This document shows positions 60,902 to 64,000 of a stretch of DNA of 64,000 nt, in pieces. The position numbers and the translations under genes were made by a program. The notes beneath the pieces were generated by a model. That model made no database searches. It was not told the DNA's origin and saw only the letters and a list, made by a program, of their open reading frames with translations. This DNA is from an uncultured Bacteroidota bacterium (GTDB taxonomy: Bacteria; Bacteroidota; Bacteroidia; NS11-12g; UBA955), in assembly GCA_937867025.1 (NCBI GenBank), contig CALMKH010000249.1, forward strand, positions 3,600 to 67,599, given 5' to 3'. How positions within the stretch are numbered: the first letter of the stretch is position 1; each line of letters starts with the position of its first letter.

Positions 60902-60920
60902 TGTATAAATTATTTATCAT

Positions 60921-60946
60921 ATACGCCTGTTAACGACAGAGCGTAT
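60921..60946 (-). promoter_or_regulatory. 5'-leader stem-loop of the RRM protein mRNA
   Basis: A 10-bp stem with one bulge: atacgc+ctgt (60921-60930) pairs with acag+(a)+gcgtat (60936-60946), with loop taacg. It ends about 20 nt upstream of the ATG at 60901. Confidence 0.45.
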
Positions 60947-60950
60947 GCTA

Positions 60951-60958
60951 CAAAGATA
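60951..60958 (-). promoter_or_regulatory. Candidate -7 box (TATCTTTG) for the RRM protein gene
   Basis: An exact TAnnTTTG match on the minus strand lies a few nt upstream of the 60921-60946 stem-loop. Confidence 0.35.
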
Positions 60959-60973
60959 AAGACATAAAACCAT

Positions 60974-61016
60974 AAAAAAAAGCTAAGCGTCAAAATAATT
61001 GATGCTTAGCTTTTTT
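60974..61016 (-). terminator. Intrinsic (sequence-symmetric, potentially bidirectional) terminator after hsp20
   Basis: An 8-bp stem agctaagc/gcttagct (60981-60988 / 61004-61011) has a 15-nt loop. It is flanked by A7-8 on one side and T6 on the other. Confidence 0.7.
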
Positions 61017-61079
61017 CTGATAATTTCTTTAATCCGTTACTTCGCCTGAAAAGTAAGGGCAACCCCCAGATAATGAGGG

Positions 61080-61517
61080 TTACTTGATGGAAATAACGGT
61101 TACGGGCTCATCCTCCAGCTTAGGCAGGGTAATAGTCAGGATGCCGTTCTCAAAGGCAGCTTCGATCTTTGCTGAATCGATCCTGTCGAGCGTAAAGCTC
61201 CTGCTGAACTTGCCATAGCTGATCTCCCGCTTAAGGAGTTTTACACCTTCTTCCGAACTGTCGGACTTCCTTTCGCCTTCAACGGTTAAAAGCTCCCCGT
61301 CAAGGGAAATTTTAACGTCTTCCTTCTTAATGCCCGGCAATGACATTCTCAATTCATACTGCTTGTCCCTCTCTACAATGTCGGCCTGAGGCATGAAATT
61401 GACGGTGTTGGTCCTGATCTTTGATTCTTCAAAGAATGAGTCCAGGAGGGTGTTGAAGCTATGCGGAAAAACACCCGCATGCATGAGTGAATCGGGTTTT
61501 GATTTAATAAGTACCAT
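61080..61517 (-). CDS. Hsp20 / alpha-crystallin family small heat-shock protein
   Basis: 145 aa. The alpha-crystallin domain shows YELRMSLPGIKKEDVKISLDGELLTVEGERK...FSRSFTLDRIDSAKIEAAFENGILTITLPK. Confidence 0.9.
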   Translation of the reverse strand: MVLIKSKPDSLMHAGVFPHSFNTLLDSFFEESKIRTNTVNFMPQADIVERDKQYELRMSLPGIKKEDVKISLDGELLTVEGERKSDSSEEGVKLLKREISYGKFSRSFTLDRIDSAKIEAAFENGILTITLPKLEDEPVTVISIK

Positions 61518-61632
61518 AATTTTAACAATTAATTTTACGAATACCTGTATTTCAAACCCGGTTCCAAGGCATTTTTCAGGTCAATTTGTCTTAAATCGAC
61601 ACCCTGTAATGAAGTTTTTGTGCCAATATGGC

Positions 61633-62199
61633 TTATTTCCGACTGATGCAGGTGATTATATGATCATTCACCATGCCTATGCTCTGCATTTTCGCATAAC
61701 ACACAGTGCTGCCCATAAACTTGAACCCGCGCTTTTTCATATCTTTCGCCATCGCATCGCTTTCAGGACTTGTAGCGGGGATGTCGGAGGTCGTGACCGG
61801 CATATTATCTATGGTCTTATAATCGGTGAACTTCCACAGATAGTTCGAAAACCTGCCGAATTCTTCCTGTACCTCCAGGAATACCTTCGCATTGTGAATT
61901 GCCGCCAGTATCTTGGCCCTGTTGCGGATAATTCCAGCATCCTGCATGAGCTTTTCCACTTTTGCCTCACCGAATTTCGCCACCTTCCTGACATCAAACC
62001 CTGCAAAGGCCTTCCTGAAATTCTCGCGCTTGGCCAGTACCGTGTACCAGCTCAGGCCTGCCTGGAAACACTCCAGCACCATCATTTCAAACAAATGATC
62101 TTCGTCATATGAAGGTATTCCCCATTCATGATCATGATAATTGATATAGAGCTCGTCGCGAAGACACCACGGGCAACGTACCGCTTCGTTTGTTTTCAT
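61633..62199 (-). CDS. tag: DNA-3-methyladenine glycosylase I
   Basis: Motifs: RCPWCLRDELYINYHDHEWG, FEMMVLECFQAGLSW, GIIRNRAKI. I start it at ATG 62199 (MKTNEAV...) rather than the track's 62238. Confidence 0.88.
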   Translation of the reverse strand: MKTNEAVRCPWCLRDELYINYHDHEWGIPSYDEDHLFEMMVLECFQAGLSWYTVLAKRENFRKAFAGFDVRKVAKFGEAKVEKLMQDAGIIRNRAKILAAIHNAKVFLEVQEEFGRFSNYLWKFTDYKTIDNMPVTTSDIPATSPESDAMAKDMKKRGFKFMGSTVCYAKMQSIGMVNDHIITCISRK

Positions 62200-62274
62200 A
62201 TAGCAAAAATAAACAGGTGTGGATACATTTTCGCACAATAGTAGAAAGAATATTGCGTTATTTGTAGGATCAAT

Positions 62275-63918
62275 ATGCTGCGAATACCATTCCTGCTTAC
62301 TTTGTCAATATCATGTGTGAGCGTATATGCCCAGAAGGATGATACAAAACCGACAGTTGAGATTATCAATACGTTCGAACTGAATCTTCCCAATGCAAAA
62401 AAGATAGAGTCCGTGCCGGTGCTGGACAAACCCCAGATCAAGGCGCCTGTTTTTTCGTATGCCATCAAGCCGAAACAGGTAAAGACAGACAAAATCATCA
62501 AGCCGGTACCCGTAGCGGACCTGATCATAAAGGAGGAGAACGATTTCCCTTCAAGCTTTGTCAAGCTCGGATACGGCAACCTGCGCACTCCCCTTGCCGA
62601 ACTGTACTTTAACAACAAGCGGGATAAAAATATCAGTTACGGGGTGCATTACCGTTTCCTTCAATCCAATTCCGACCTCAATAATTCCTTCGCAGACTTT
62701 ACCGATCATGCCATCAAGGGTTATCTCGCCACGTATTCCGAGGTCGGTGAGTTCGGTCTGGACGTAAATTACAAACATAACAAATACAACTTTTTCGGGT
62801 ATGACACAAGCAACAGGGAAGCCGAAAAACATCTGGGGAGAGTGGCAAGGAATTTTGATGCCAACGCTTATTTCAACGGCACAGCCATCAATGATAAAAA
62901 ACTGAAGCACCGCACCCAGTTCAACTTCTATAATTTCCAGATAGGCAAAGCCCGCGAAAACCAGTATGCACTCAGATCCAGGCTATATGCCAACATCCCG
63001 GGGTTCAACGACCTCAAGAACACGCAGCTCAGCGCTACGGTCGCCCTGGATTACAATACATTCAAGAATGACACGCTGAAACAGCTCAACCGCTTTTTCC
63101 TGCAAATCGATCCACGCTTTGATTTTGTATATGAGGGCCTGCACATCACCGCAGGATTCAACAGTACCAAGATGTTCAGCCCGAACATTAAATCGCGTTT
63201 TTATATCAACCCGGTCATTAAAGCCACATACCCCCTGATGGAAAATGTGGCATTCATTTATGCAGGGCTTGACGGCAGATACCAGAAACAAACCCTGAAG
63301 AACATTATTCAGACCAACCCATTCACATCGGAATACGACCTGACCAATACATTTGAAAATGTCAGGACCTTCCTCGGTTTAAATGCCAAGATCGGTACAA
63401 GCGCCGACGCGGTCTTCGAGATCAATTACTCGGATATCACCAATATGCCGCTGTATATCACCAGGCGCGATTCATTCAACTCCTTTGCCATCCTTTACAG
63501 GCAGGTGAATGTCCTGAAATTCACGACGGCATTTAACTACAGCTTCAGTGAAAAAGTACGCATCGGCGTTTTAGGAAATTTCTATAATTACGAAGTGACC
63601 GGTGAACCTGAAGCCTGGCAACTGCCGAATGTCGACGGAAAGCTAAACATGAAATTCAACATTAAAAACAAGCTGTACCCATATGTCGATATCGTAGCTT
63701 TCGGCATGCAGAAACAGAGAACCGGCAAGGATGCAGCCTTCCTTCAAAGCTCGCTTGATCCTTTTTATGATATTTCGCTCGGGGCCGACTGGAGATTTAA
63801 AAACAAACTTTCTGTATTTGTTCAGGCTAACAACCTCGCATCGGGCAGGTACCAGCGCTGGTACAGATATCCTGTCTACGGCTTCAACATCATCGGCGGC
63901 CTGACCATGATCTTCTAG
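62275..63918 (+). CDS. Uncharacterised outer-membrane beta-barrel protein
   Basis: 547 aa with signal MLRIPFLLTLSISCVSVYAQ. It has an amphipathic strand pattern rich in Y/F/N and ends ...IIGGLTMIF (terminal Phe). Confidence 0.55.
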   Translation: MLRIPFLLTLSISCVSVYAQKDDTKPTVEIINTFELNLPNAKKIESVPVLDKPQIKAPVFSYAIKPKQVKTDKIIKPVPVADLIIKEENDFPSSFVKLGYGNLRTPLAELYFNNKRDKNISYGVHYRFLQSNSDLNNSFADFTDHAIKGYLATYSEVGEFGLDVNYKHNKYNFFGYDTSNREAEKHLGRVARNFDANAYFNGTAINDKKLKHRTQFNFYNFQIGKARENQYALRSRLYANIPGFNDLKNTQLSATVALDYNTFKNDTLKQLNRFFLQIDPRFDFVYEGLHITAGFNSTKMFSPNIKSRFYINPVIKATYPLMENVAFIYAGLDGRYQKQTLKNIIQTNPFTSEYDLTNTFENVRTFLGLNAKIGTSADAVFEINYSDITNMPLYITRRDSFNSFAILYRQVNVLKFTTAFNYSFSEKVRIGVLGNFYNYEVTGEPEAWQLPNVDGKLNMKFNIKNKLYPYVDIVAFGMQKQRTGKDAAFLQSSLDPFYDISLGADWRFKNKLSVFVQANNLASGRYQRWYRYPVYGFNIIGGLTMIF

Positions 63919-64000
63919 GCAAGCATTATTGCTCACTTCTTCTTATTGAATCCTTTCAGGAAAGACCGCAAACAGTCCGCGGCTTTTCAGAAAACATCTG

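Noticed and set aside
62196-62618. A 140-aa minus-strand ORF spanning the tag upstream region and the start of the 547-aa OM protein gene.
   Set aside because: It overlaps the better-supported plus-strand gene, which has a clean signal peptide, in antisense. No motifs were recognised.

Overview
The window looks like chromosomal DNA from a Bacteroidota bacterium. Supporting signs are type A and type B T9SS C-terminal sorting domains, a UpxY-type NusG-like antiterminator, atpD-atpC standing apart from other atp genes, and several TAnnTTTG -7 boxes. Coding is dense: about 52 protein genes, mostly on the minus strand. Bases 1-11521 hold a UpxY-led Wza/Wzc/Wzx exopolysaccharide or capsule locus that runs off the left edge. 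It carries several glycosyltransferases, a hexapeptide acyltransferase and a DUF4254 plus GT9-like pair. The rest is housekeeping (guaA, gyrB, rsmE, yidC, an LptF/G-type permease, panE, hldD, PTPS/queD, atpDC, hsp20, tag, an RRM protein) mixed with envelope and secretome genes. These include OmpA-like and BNR proteins, three T9SS cargo proteins, a TonB-dependent receptor with DUF4249, an L,D-transpeptidase, a PAP2 plus ArnT-like pair, and two large uncharacterised outer-membrane barrels. I found no rRNA, tRNA, CRISPR array, transposase, integrase, phage gene or recognisable defence gene. I cannot honestly name a clear novel multi-gene system. The best leads are: (1) a tightly coupled hldD / 1225-aa sensor kinase / ~1150-aa outer-membrane protein operon, where the last gene encodes a textbook signal peptide upstream of any canonical start codon (probable ATT start); (2) a translationally coupled DUF2089 regulator / membrane protein / T9SS-secreted hydrolase operon, preceded by an unusually long 405-bp leader with an extreme AT block and stable hairpins; (3) three abutting GNAT genes behind a TBDR-DUF4249-lipoprotein set; (4) a PAP2 / GT-C pair that could remodel lipid A. 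All functional calls rest on motif recognition by eye, not on searches.
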